Shown: positions 12,330 to 24,840, numbered from the stretch's first letter. The stretch is DNA of 64,000 nt from Takakia lepidozioides (GCA_030704615.1 CM060732.1:7874001-7938000); one strand, 5' to 3'. Numbers and translations: made by a program. Notes: generated by a model from the sequence alone, not told the origin.

Positions 12330-13555
12330 GCGGGCACAGTTAGTGCGGCATGCCCATGAGGAGTTGGGGCATTTTGGGGTGCGACGCACTCATAGTCTAC
12401 TACAGGGGCAATATTGTTGGTGTGGTATGCACACAGAGGTGCAACAATTTGTGGCTAGGTGCATGGTGTGTGACAGGGTGCGTGATTCATTCAACGCCCC
12501 TACACCACAATTGCACCCTCTTCCGATCATGGGATTGGGCTACGGGTGATGTCTAGACTTTGTAGGGCCGTTGCCACTGACCATGCGCCACAACAAGTGG
12601 ATCAAATGGTTCCATTTCCTGATAAGGCTAGTGAGGGGGCTGCGTATGTATTCTTGGATCGTGTACTTAGCCGATTTGGTGCTCCAGCTGAGGTACTCAC
12701 GGACCAAGGGAGAGAGTTCTTGGGGGAGTTTCAGGCATTGTATGACAAAGCCTTGATAGACCACCGCACTACTTCTCGGGATCATCCTGAGGCCGATGGC
12801 TTGGCAGAGAGAGTTGTGCAAACGGTTAAAAGAGGATTGCGCAAGTATGGTTTGCAGAAGGGGCACCTAGGAGATTGGGACCTTCAGCTACCTTGGTTGG
12901 CCATGGGCTATAGGTTTAGCAAGCAAGCATCACTTGCCTCGTTCTCATCTTATTTCCTTCTTTTTGGCCAAGAGCCAGACTTGCCTACATCTATTCGCAG
13001 GGAGGCTGCAATAGTCCTCAATCTTGACGATCCGGACCTATGGGCACGTGCATGTGGTTAGCACGCGGAGTTGTTCAAGAAAGTCATGCCCATGGCTTTC
13101 GAGAACCTTGCCATTGCACAACATCGTGATACGTTGAGGTATGCTACCATACGTGGTGGGGGCTATCGTCCTAGGGTTCAGAGATTTCACCCTGGTGACT
13201 ATGTTTATCTGCAGCAAACTGCTCCAACGACCCTGGATGTGACTACGTGTTATTTTGAGGGTTCGAGAGGTATTGCCCTCACGCGTCTTGATCTTGGAAG
13301 GTCGGGATGGCATGACTTGGAAGGACCATGTGCGTAATTGCGCCATGTCACCTTCCGAATGTCGATGGCAAGATTGACCCAAACCTGGCAGTGGTATCTG
13401 CAAGTTTGAGGTGCATGTTGTGTGGGTCTGCTAGAGGGGCAGCCACCATGCTGGTGTGTGATCAATGCTCTAGAGGTTGGCATATAGGATGCTTGACTCC
13501 ACCTCTTGAGATGGTTCCTAATGGGGATTGGTTATGTCCGCATTGCATTGGATAA
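12330..13555 (+). pseudogene. DDE integrase with C-terminal PHD finger
   Basis: HHCC (AHEELGH...CMVC), VLTDQGREF, GLAERVVQTVK; C4HC3 PHD CMLC...LVCDQCSRGWHIGCLTPPL...DWLCPHC at ~13412-13546. Confidence 0.92.
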
Positions 13556-13826
13556 TGGGAGTGGTCACAACCATGGAAGGTTAACAAGAAATGCAAGGCC
13601 AAGCTACTAGGAGACCAACACACGAGATCTTGGCTCAAGTTCACAGATTGCAAGACGGCGACTAACGATGGGGCTACTCTTGTACCCGGCCTCTTGTACC
13701 CGGCCTCTTGGTCTATAGAGTTTGAGTACAATAGGGACAGTGATAGAGGACTTAGTACGGCTGTGGCTATTACATCTTGTAGCTATCTGGAGTTAGAGGG
13801 ACCTAACCACCAGCTAGGGAGGCAAT

Positions 13827-14173
13827 TGTGGCAGACTACTTTATGTGTATATATGTGTGGTGTGGTTTGGACATCGATGTAGTTGTGTAGCGATACGTAT
13901 GCGCACGACAGCTGTCAAGTTAAATAAACACAGTGTGAAACTAACTAGAATGGAGGGAGAGTAGGATGTTGTGGGGTCAAGTCCCCATAGCTTGGGGTGC
14001 CCCTGGCTTGACTCTTATTTTAACGAGCGAGTATATTGTATTTCGTGTTTTGTGTCAACAGTCAGTGTGAGTTTAGTTTACATATCATTGTGGCAGACTA
14101 CTTTATTGTGCATATATGTGTGGTGTGGTTTGGACAGTGATGTAGTTGTGTAGCGATATGTATGCGCACAACA
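13827..14173 (+). repeat. 3' terminal block A(13827-13910)-gc-B'(13913-14087)-t-A'(14089-14173)
   Basis: A and A' are 84/85-bp TG...CA direct repeats flanking the deleted copy of B. Confidence 0.9.
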
Positions 14174-14378
14174 GCACCTTTGCTAAGGGAATCCACCCTA
14201 CAAGACCCTCACCACACTCCCTCTCAATACCGAGAGCTATGGAGGTGGGAGAGGGTCATGGAGGCTCAACTACAAGAAGATGAGCCTCCTCCATCCTCAC
14301 AAGGGGAAAACCTATCCCCATGTTCCAAGTGAGGCTCGACACCTCACTTGGCATGTGAGACCCAATGAAGTCCCAACA
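14174..14378 (-). repeat. Probable distal remainder of copy-1 LTR, interrupted by copy 2
   Basis: Composition continues that of ~3100-3281 across the GCAC TSD; ends ...CCCAACA (TGTTGGG on minus strand) before AT-rich sequence. Confidence 0.45.
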
Positions 14379-14444
14379 CACAAAATATAAATATAAATAT
14401 CTAACATGTCCTAGTTAACTAGAAGTAGGTAATTCTAGATAACC

Positions 14445-15383
14445 ATGACTAAACCCATGACAGTTTCTTTGCCTGATCCACCTCCGGTAGTACCTGATCC
14501 GGATGTTGTACCCCCGGCTGCACCTCCGGCACTATATCCTCAACCACCTCCACTTTCATCTCCTCCGCCAGCACCTCCACCTCCACCTCTACCTCCACGT
14601 GCATGTGCCCCCCGAACCCCTAGGAGGGGTCGGCTTCGCCCTAGGTTTCCTCCCCTTCGGCTTGGACGGCCTGAGCCGGATCCTCGCCCCCGATGAGAAG
14701 CGCATAGGACTATGTTACTGAGGACCGTCCAGCCTCGTTATTGGGGGAATCATCTCGACCCTCCCACCCCCATCCGAAAGAATGTGGAATTCGAGTATTG
14801 GGGGAGACGGTATGTTGTGAGACCCGCTACAGACCCTGCTATGGGTCGGGGTTTATTCACGGTCAATGATATTGTGGTTCCTCCTCGGAGAAACAGCATG
14901 GTGGATTTGTTTCCCTACTACGGTCCATACTACACCTCCGCGGAGTTCCGTACATTACGCCTCAAAGCCCCATACATCCTACCCTACATTTTGTGTGTCA
15001 ACGGACATGATGTACGTAGATGGGGGTTGTCTCCCATTGAGATCAGATTTTGTGATGGTGACCCCGACATCTTCGGCAATGTTGCTGGGCTGGTCAACAG
15101 TTCTTTTGGTCATCCTAGGAGAACCAATGTAGTATGGGACGACTGAAGCGATGGGCATGAGAGTTTTTGTGGTCATATGTTGGTATACTGTGAGGGGATG
15201 CACATGTTTGTGATGACATGTACTAGTAGGACTATTAGGGCTGACAGCGAACTATTTGCATCATACGAGTTCTCCCAGGATGATTGGGACCTCCAATTAC
15301 AGCGTGAGTGGGATGTGTATGATAGAAATAGGGTTCCTTTGAGACAGGGATCGCGTAGAGGGGCATTAGAGATATTCTCATGA
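14445..15383 (+). pseudogene. Proline-rich protein with SET-like domain (two in-frame TGA stops)
   Basis: ORFs 14445, 14712 and 15177 share one frame; motifs MGRGLFTVNDI, FPYYG, YIL, DGDPDIFGNVAGLVNSS, TNVVW, TSRTIRADSELFASY. Confidence 0.75.
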
Positions 15384-16348
15384 TGTACTTTGTATACATC
15401 CGATTAATCGATTGATGTAAATATTTTTCTTGTTGCTCGTGTGGGTTGCAACTTTTGCATATGTGATCCTAAACATACTTATGCACATGTGGACCAAATA
15501 TGAGCTTGAACCAAGTTGTCATTCTAGTGTTGAACACAGCTATGTGTTGTAGAGACGGAAAATTGCGTTTCGCCTGCACATGATTTTTTTTTATTCCATT
15601 TTTAAGCCATATGCTTAATGATAGCATATGCAATGTGCGTGCAAAATTTGGGAGTAAACAAAAGTCATTTGGACCCATAACCAGATTTTGTTCTCTCATT
15701 TGCACTCCAAAGTTGAATTATCTTTAACTTCATGCACTCTTTATAGAGAGTTCCGCAAAAGTGACCCTAGAAACACACTTATTTTTTTTTCCATTTTTTT
15801 TGGGTCCATTTTTTTTCATAGATGTAGTGGTGCAAAGCCCGATGTCACAGAATAAAATAAAGCTAAAAACAAAATCATTACGCCCCTCAAAACCGCAATC
15901 ATATATTTTCTAAATGCAAATATTTATTTTAAATTCATTTAAATTCGATTTAATTCAAAATTGGTGCAAGGGTGAATGCGTCGTTGGGGAGGCAAATGTT
16001 TTTTTTTTTTTTTTTTTTTTTTGCCCTTTTCCGCTGGATCTTTGTATAGGTGTTGCACACATATTTAAGCACATGTAGGAAAAAGTGAAGCTTGAGCCAC
16101 ATCTGTTTGATGGGTGCAATGGCATGAGAGGATTTTCTTTCACATTAATAAACAAAAATTGGTTGATAGGGTGAATGCGTCCTTGGGGGGGCAAATGATT
16201 TTTTTTGGGTTTGAAACTTTGCATGTGTGTACTTTGCGCACATATATGTAATTATTGAATGACATATTTGATGCACGCACACATTGAAGGTTGTTGTTTG
16301 CATTTCGCTTATAATGAGTTGTATGGTTGCAATGACACATTATAATAT

Positions 16349-19300
16349 ATGTCTCTATGTTCATTTGTTCGTATCTTTGTCCATCCCTTCCCGGTCCTTT
16401 CTCTTGGCACCCCATCCGATAACAACCCAAGTACATCAGGCGGGAGCCGTGGGCAAGACGCCGCCCCCACGATACTGGATGATGATGACGATGACAGTGA
16501 CAGTGACAGTGACAGTGACAGCAACAATGAGCATGGAATTAACCAGGAGGATGTGCAAGCCATGGAGGATCTCTTAATGCATCATGTGGGCGCTGATGCA
16601 TCCCATGATCCTGAAATGACCCCCTCAAATAACATGGAGAGGGAGGCGAGAACTCCCTTGTACAAAGGGGCGAAAGTGAGTCGACTTTCAACAATCTTAC
16701 TTTTGCTCAATCTTCAAATTCGATTTGGCATAAGTAATGTTGGGATGTCTGCCATAATGCGAACTATTGCAGACTATATCCTTGCTCCACACTTGAAACC
16801 CAAGATGCCACAGTTGCAGAAAGAGGTGCGCGAAGTCTTGGACTCTGTGAGGATGGGCTATAAGATTTTTCATGCATGTCCATGTGATAAAACCCTATAC
16901 TACGGAGAGGATTTTCGCGTCTCACCAAGTGCCCAAAGTGCAAGAAAGATCGATATCGGGATGATGTCCAAGGGAAAAAAATACCACGCAAGGTATAAGC
17001 GCCATTCCCCCTCGCATGGAAATTACTTTCTTTAATCTTCTCAATGCATGTAAAGTGTATTCCACAAAGTTTAGGGTTTAGAGAGTAGTACTTATGCAAG
17101 ATCTGATTGTGGTTTTGGAAGGAGTGAGTGAGGAGTGGAAGGAGCGACGTTCGGTTTTGACCATTCACGCCCAAATGAGGGAGATACTGCATAAAGAGAA
17201 ATGCATAAGGGTGTTGTATTATGTGTGCTAATGGGATGATTACATGTGGGGGACGTGAGATATTTCATCCTAGAAAATGCATTACTTTCCGATCATCCCG
17301 CGATTGAGGGCACAATACCAAAGCCCCGAATTGGCCAGACTCATGATATGACACGCCTCGCATGGGAGCCCCCCGAGAAAGGTGTGCGGGCCACAAGATT
17401 CACAAGCATGGAGGCATATTGAAGAGATGTGGCATTTTCTCTTGGAGGACCCACGACATGTCCACCTCGGCTTCTCCTCGGATGGGGTCAACCCATTCTC
17501 TGTCCAGTCATGTAGTCATTCCACTTGGCCGATGACCACGGTGAATTACAACATCCCTCCGTATCTTTCAATTAAAAAAAGCCATATCATGTTGGCTGCC
17601 ATTGTACCAGGTGAGTGTACTCATTTCATGTTTATTATTGCCTTGGACTTTATATTAAACTTCTGATTTCTGACGCAATTCGGATGCAAGATTGACGAGT
17701 GACATAATCATGGAGTAAGACGTGTAATTCATTTTGTAGTATAATTTGCATATTGGTGGAGCATCATTGAAACAATGATGTGAATGTCTCATAGGGAAAA
17801 AACAAGTGGCAAACATAGACACGTACTTGCGACCTCTTGTTGGTGAACTTAAGGAGCTATGGAGGGGGGTCCCGGCATTGGATGCTTCACTTGACCCTAT
17901 GGCCGGACAATCTTTTCAGATGAGAGGATGCACTTGTTCACTCACTGTTTATAATCATATTGAGAAAAAATGTAACGTTAACTTCTTGTGTGTATTTGAG
18001 GAGTATCTTGCTTTGGACAATGCATGATTATCCAGGTATATTATGTTCCCTATGAACAACCCGCGTACATTCACTTGTCAATGCCAGATAATATTGATGA
18101 GAATTGGGATTGATTGAAGTAGCAGCGACAGTCTTGTGCACCGTAGTGGGGTAGATGACATTATGGGCCATGCACATGACAACTTTTTGTCTTTGTGGTG
18201 GGATGTGTAGTACAGGATTAATTGTTTGCTTGGGGCTAAGCACCAAAAGGTACCATGCATGCTTGCATTGTGGCGATGATCTTGATGCACATAGCTCCCG
18301 ACATCTTCACAAGATGGTATATCCCAACTATAGCAAATTTCTTCCTATGAGCCATCGATGGAGAAGAAGAGAGAAACACTTGTTTGATGGCAAAGAGGAA
18401 GTACGTCCCCCCCCCTATGACACCATCCGGGCAGTTTTGGGAGGACCGATGGAAGGAGGCCCATGCGGGCACGGACGGTGAAGTGGACGTGTCCGGCATG
18501 AAACGACTTTCAATCTTCTACGAGTTGTCATATTGGGCGGTACATATTCCACAAAACACCGTCAATATCCCTATGCATGCATGTGATATTACACATTTGG
18601 TATGCGTTGCATTGTCACTTTCACGTAAAAAAAAAATTGTGTAAGTATTTGTGGGTGGGGATATATATAGGACCTGAAGATTCGCCATCTTCTAGATCCC
18701 ATGCATATTGAGAAGAATGTCCGCTCGTCTTTTTTTCGGGTTCTTCATGGCACACCGGCAAAGAAGGGAGTGGCTGCAAAAGGAGATTCTCTCGGTGTTA
18801 GAAAGGAGCTTGAGGAGCAAGGTCGCATGCGCCATCTATGGGCCGAACAAAATGGTGCGGACCCAAAGGGTGTTGTACGGTGGAAGTATAGGCGTGCACC
18901 ATGGCAATGGACAAAGGAGGAATACAAGAAAGTGATAGCCACCATAAGTGTTGTCCGAACACCAACTGGTTATGGGTCATCCATCTGTACGAAGTTCAAC
19001 GAAGAAGACGGGGTCCATGGTTTGAAGTCTCATGACTACCACAATCTATTGCAAGACATCTTGCCCATTGCAGTACGTGGGACATTGACTCCTGAGGTTT
19101 GTGAGACAATCTATAGATTGGGAGGCTTGTTCCGGTGGATTTGCTCCAAAGAGTTGGAAGAAGCAGATTTTCCATGCATGAAGAAGGAGGCGGCGGAGGT
19201 AATGTGTATGTTGGAGATGCACCTTCCTCCCTCCTTCTTTGACATCCAAGTGCACTTGGTAGTACACTTAGTGGAAGAGGCTTCGATTGCCGGCCCCGTT

Positions 19301-20210
19301 CATTCTCGGTGGATGTACTTCCTTGAGTGTTATATGAAGACTTTGAAAGCATTTGTAAGACAAATGGCGCACCCGGAGGGTAGCATGGCAGAGGGGTATA
19401 CGTTGCAAGAAGCTATGTTCTATTGCACGGAGTACATGGCAAGGGTGGATGAAGAAGCCCCTCGGATGTGAAAGGAAGAGGAGGATGCACGAACCAAGGA
19501 CAACGTTTTGCCCAAAAAATCGAAGAGGGTAAAATTGCCGACCTTGGTGATTGAGCAAGCGCATGACTTCGTACTGAAGAACACCCCATCCATACATGAG
19601 TGGGAGGCAAGATACAATAATCTTGTTCAGCAACGAAAGGAGGAGACGCTTGCATGGAGGCAGAACCATCCAAGGCCGGTTACTAGACGCCCACGACGAG
19701 GAGCGGACCGCCGGAATGTTCCTTCACAAAATTTGCCCATGGAATTACAGCCTCTAAGTTCATTCCAACAGTGGCTTTGGACTTCAGTTTATGACGCCGT
19801 TGCTCAAGGAGATGTGGTTTCAGATTTGGTGCAAGACATTGCAAGGGGCCCCTCTCAATTCGTGACCGCATACACGGCGGTTTGGGTTCACGGTCGTCAT
19901 TTCCGCATTCGTGCTCTTGACATGAAGTGCAAAATAACCTTTGATTCTGGCTTATGTGCCACATATTGGCAAGACTCCGTGTGGGGCAAGGGAGATACAC
20001 GACCTGCTATGAGCAAACTTGAGTACATTGGAGAGCTTGAGAGCATACTCCAACTTCAGTATACAAGGTACCGGCCTCTTATCTTCAGGGAAGGTGGACC
20101 CAGTCACATCTTGTGGGGCCCTCCGCAACACTAGTGCAAGATGATTGTGGTTTCATGCGCGTCAATGCAGATAGGCTCAACCCTACTCATCGTCCCTCCG
20201 ATGAGCATTT
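16349..20210 (+). pseudogene. CACTA/EnSpm TnpD-like transposase (intron-containing, degenerate)
   Basis: TPLYKGA, HACPCDKTLY, YFPIIPRL, DSQAWRHI, LGFSSDGVNPF, HSTWP, YNIPP, MHIEKNV, GLKSHDYH, PPSFFDIQVHLVVHL, PEGSMAEGY; GT-AG introns (e.g. ~17611-17793). Confidence 0.93.
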
Positions 20211-20707
20211 CACGCAGTGGTTGAGAGTTCCATGGAAGTAAGTACTGGGGGCCTGGTTGTTATTGACAGGGTTGGCAAATAGTGGGCATGAAGCTGAGTT
20301 GGGGGGTAGTGAGCCAACATTCCAGGTGGTAATGCAAAGCGAGTGTGCTTGTTGCATCGGAGACATGTGTGTTTGGTTTGGGATTGAGTTGGATGGAAGA
20401 GTGTTAGTATGGGAGGGGGTAAGGGCAAAGGTGTCGAGGGAGGAGGGGGGGGTGGGGGTGAGCTGTGCGGAGGGTGAAAGTCGGGGATTGGGGAGTGGGC
20501 TTGGAGGGTGGCATTGAGAATGTTTTCAGAGAGAAATGGAAATTTATTAGAGATAATGTGGAGGTCGCAGGGGGAGTTGGAGAGGTAGTCACCAAGGATT
20601 TTGTGGACATTGCCTGGGTCTAAGTGAAGAAGTTGGAGTGAGGTTTGCAGTTCAGTTAGGTGATGGGGGGTGCTAGGTAGTTGTGGGGGTGGGTAGGTAG
20701 CAGGTGT
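20211..20707 (-). mobile_element. C-rich coding fragment of an unclassified (probably non-LTR) element inserted in TnpD
   Basis: Open on minus strand, Pro/His-rich with CLRC motif; interrupts TnpD at ...SDEHF. Confidence 0.4.
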
Positions 20708-21890
20708 CACTACAGCAAATAGGGGTGGTTTTGCGACGCCAGCCGCGCCCCCGCGCGGCGCCAAGCATGCAACGCCAACCCCGCGGCGCCTTTTTGCGAC
20801 GTCGGGCCGTCGCAAACAAACCCCGCGGGTCGCCACCTGGCGCCAGGGCCAGGGGCGACGCCCGGCCGTCGCACAGGCGGATGAAGGGCAGAAGGCAGCC
20901 CTTCCGTGCGACGCCCACGCGTCGCCCCCCAGCGAAGGGCAGAAGGCAGCCCTTTCTGGCGACGGCCGGCCGTCGCCAACGGAAAAAGACAGCCCTTTCT
21001 TGTCTTTTCTTTCATCGCAGCCCTTATTTGCAACGCCAGGCTGTCGCATGGTGGCATGAATAGCAAAAGGCCTTGGCGATGGCCGGACGTCGCAAACAGG
21101 GGTTGCCCTATTCTTTCAAAACAAAAAAAACAAGTCGCAGTTTGCGACGGCTTGCCGTCGCCGTTTGCGACCCCTGGCCATAAATCCAAAAAAAATGCGT
21201 CGCAGTTTGCGACGCGTGGGGGTTGCAGGCAGCGACAGCAGGGCTTTCTAGGTTTAGGTTTAGGGCCTTTGGGGGTTCTTAGTTTTTATTTTATTTTATT
21301 TTATTTATTATTTTAAATATGGTACTGGGGTAAGGTGTTTGTTTTTCTTTATGGTTTAGCTTGTTGCTATGGACCTTCTTGTAGATTTTGACATTCATTT
21401 TGATAATTCTCTTGATACCACATTTGTATGTGTTGCTTTCTTGAAAGACTACCAGCCACAACCATATTTGATCAATCATAGAAATAAGCTACAATATGCA
21501 TGTATATGTACAATCAATCGAAGGGATGGGTACAGTTTGGTGCGAGAATTGTTATGTAGCTTTGATTTCGTGTCTAATCAACTTGAACATCATCATCCGG
21601 AGCTTCTTCATCCTCATCAAGCTGCAAGTCTTCTTGGTCATCGTCATAAATGGCCCGGCCCTCAAAAGGCACCTCCGAATCATCCTCCATCTCGTTGTCA
21701 ATGGCCGTGTCTTCATCTCCTTCTCCAACATCCGTATCTCTCCATCCACCGTAATTGCCTTACCCCATGGAGATCCGAGACCATGATAGATACGTCTTCC
21801 TCTTGGCAGAGCATGCACAACCACCTTCCAAATCCCCCCTCTTGTTTTGTCATCAGAGAAGAAAACTTGCTCCATGTCCTCTCTCACTGT
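20708..21890 (-). mobile_element. Inverted 3' end of the CACTA element (TIR, subterminal repeats, last TnpD codons)
   Basis: CACTACAGC at 20708; dense GCGAC/GTCGC subterminal repeats to ~21240; minus-strand EDMEQVFFSDD...WKVVVHALPR continues the TnpD C-terminal domain. Confidence 0.85.
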
Positions 21891-21894
21891 CGTG

Positions 21895-24840
21895 TTGCAT
21901 TACCTTGCTCAATTGTACAACCTGTGTTACATTGCCATCATTCTCTGACCCCTGTACTAATTTCCATCTCTTGTTTACAAGCTCTGTGACAAATTCCATT
22001 CAATGCTACACATATGTTCCACATATGTACCCTATATTCACTGCCAGTACCACTCCACATTTGCCGCCTAGATGGCCCCTGGGTTCAAGGGAAGTCTTCC
22101 CTACCCCTCTGGCCCAACCGTATACATCACCACTTACCTCTACTATTCAAGTCCAATGCAACTTCTTGCTCAACTCTGCTACATACAACAAGCACTACCC
22201 AACGATCTTATCCAGGCGACCCCAGGTATTCAAGCTAGTCTCCGCTGCCCAGTTGCCCCAACAGTATACATTACCACTTTGTCCTACTGTTCAAGCACAT
22301 TATCCCTGGCAACGTGCCAGGCCTCAGTTAATTCCCTGGTTGCCCCAATCTAATTGCTCAGGTATGCGTCCCCTCACCCCCTATCAACCAGTGCATAGCC
22401 TCTCCACAGGTAAATGTTATGATCTACCTTTCCTCTCTCTCTAAGAAGTTCTTGTATCTGCTTCATGAATTCTCCTCCATGCACTGCCCCCCTGTTTTCA
22501 TTCTTCAGTTGCTGTCTGTCAGGCCCAATAACCACCAAATCACCCACAAAAAAGAGCTCTATAAGCCTACTCGTCCAGACTCTTCCCTGCCCTGTTTTAG
22601 TGACCTCCCCCACAGGTCTACTCCCTGCCCCTACCCTCTGCGCGGCTGCCACCCCCCTACTAATTCTTACTTTTCTTGACTCTCCCCTTCTCTACATCTA
22701 TCTTATAAGGCCCCAACCCACGCTAGAATTTACAAATGGATCTTACTCTCCACTGGCTTGCGTTCTAACTCTCACCTCTTTCTTGCAGGCTTCTCATCAA
22801 ACATTCACCACCCAGCACACTCATCCCCCCCCCCGGGGCTCTCAGATCCAATGGCTAGACTCTATATCTCAATCAATTCTGTGCATATGCTCCGCATATG
22901 CTTATGTTGTCCAAACGCAAAGGCTCTCTTTACCCCTATCAATTGCACACATATGCCCTGCATATGTACCCACAACACACAGAATTCCCCACCACATTTT
23001 CACATCCCAGGACTCAGGTATTGCCCTCTCATTATAAAGGGCCCTTTACCCCAACTATACATCATCTATCCAACACACATACCCTATACACCACAATTCA
23101 TCAGGTACCACACATAAGCAATATATCCCACTTACCATTTGCGATGGCTATCTCAGCCCTGCCCCCCAACCCACATATCACACTACCCTACTCGCTTAAA
23201 CTCGACCCCTATGCCACTCCAAACCTTGTACACGGTGCCCTCATGCCCGCCCAAAGATCCGCTGACCACAAACTTACCTGGCACCCCATGCCCAGGAACT
23301 TGTCAGCCATACTTGGCACTCCACCACATGCAGCACCCAGCATACCATTACCCCCCCCCCCCCCCCGGTGTACTGCACGGGGAACGCAACTGCCACTAAT
23401 TACCCCCGAAACCCCACCGTTCATCAAGCACGGGCATCAATGCCACAACCAACATCACTGGCTCATGTTTAATTCTACCCCATTCACAACCCCCTACCCT
23501 TGCATGCATCTGATAAAACTGCCAACCCACACCTGATGATACACCCTTCCGCAGGCTGTACGATTTTAACCTCTTAATGCCCAACTCTTTAAGTTGGATT
23601 AATGCTGCTGCCCCACCCCCCCAAGTAATCACCACCTCTTTCTATTTTACTCAGTGCCGACTCCCCCCCCACCATATCCAATTTCATACAAAGTACATAG
23701 AACAGCGCTGCCCACTGATAGAAGCTTATCACCACCTCGCACTGCGCTTACACATCTTAATACCCCCCCTTACTCAAGCATCTCACAGCCGCCGCTTAGG
23801 CACAAATGGGTAACGGCTCCAATTAATACACCAGGAAGCTCTCGCTGCAAGGAACTCGAACGACGCTGCCAAACTATCCCCGCATATAGTTTGCAGCCAG
23901 CCTCCGCGGCAAACACTTCCTCCCCTCCACCACCTTGGCAATTTTGTTTCAGCTTTCATCCTCCACTCTTTGCGCCCTGCCCATTCCCCCTTCTCTCACA
24001 ACTACCAGCTGAAGGCTCTCACCCACGCATATCTATCTCCAAACTTGGTAGTATCCAGAAGCAGGTAGTATCCAAAAACACCATCATTCTTTCTCTAACA
24101 TAGTCACCCGCAGCAAAAGAACCAGCTCACACCTGCTCTCGGCATACTGCTCTACGTCAAGGGCCAGTCCAACGGACAAGGATTACGACATGGACATCCG
24201 CCAGGAAGAGGGAATGGACGCCAGCGACATGCACCCCTCCGACGAATTATTCTTTGCAGCTGAGAATGCATACCGGGCCCGCTCCACACAAAGCCCTGCG
24301 AAGGCCAACAACGAACAGACACCAGGAGGCCTTGCATCTACACCCCAACTGATATCACCGACACCCGAGCAGAGACGTGCGCCACCCCACACATCACTCA
24401 CCTCGCTAGCGGAGCTCCTGGCTATCAAACCCCGCTCCAAGCGAACCGCGAGCGAATCCAACAACGAAGCAGGTAGCAGTCATTCCGATCCAAAAAAATC
24501 GAAGGGCCCAGTGACACCAAGTCCCACACCCCACAACGTCTCCCTATTTTTTTCCAACATGCAGCAATTTTGGATGGGTTATCCCACGCTCAAGCAACAT
24601 GCGATGGACTCTGCACTACCCTTTGCTACAGAGGAGCGCTCCTAATTTGAACTTCAACACATTGGCCTCTGCAACTCGGAAATTCATGAAATGCGCCATT
24701 GCCTCAAGGCCTACCCGCACGTTCCCCAGCTTCACTTCCCATCAGTGAGACCGGATGGCCAGGAAGGTCAGCTCCTTCCACTTACCCAGCTACCAAAAGG
24801 CACTCAAATTGACCCAGTCTCTGGCCTCTCAGCTTTTGTG
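21895..24840 (+). mobile_element. C-rich degenerate element with ORF1-like remnant (24190-24840)
   Basis: Strong C skew; ORFs 24190 and 24691 share a frame across one stop; no RT motifs visible. Confidence 0.4.

Larger units (their letters stand above)
3282..14173 (+). mobile_element. Ty3/gypsy LTR retrotransposon carrying a C5-cytosine methyltransferase and a PHD finger (copy 2, near full length, degenerate)
   Basis: TG...CA ends; GCAC on both flanks (3278-3281, 14174-14177); ordered gag/PR/DNMT/RT/RH/INT/PHD motifs; PPT-like AGGGAGGCAA just before 13827. Confidence 0.9.

Noticed and set aside
3282-14173. DIRS/Ngaro tyrosine-recombinase element (because of split repeats and an MTase)
   Set aside because: Has aspartic protease, HHCC/DDE integrase and a TSD; no YR motifs seen; the MTase is C5 (PC/ENV), not the adenine type.
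15821-15829. TGTAGTG as a CACTA terminus
   Set aside because: No matching TIR or subterminal repeats nearby; cannot be distinguished from chance.
20673-21316. Arg/Pro-rich ORFs over GC-rich repeats (also 24782-25388, 51185-51622, 52269-52590)
   Set aside because: Translations of CACTA subterminal or other GC-rich repeats.
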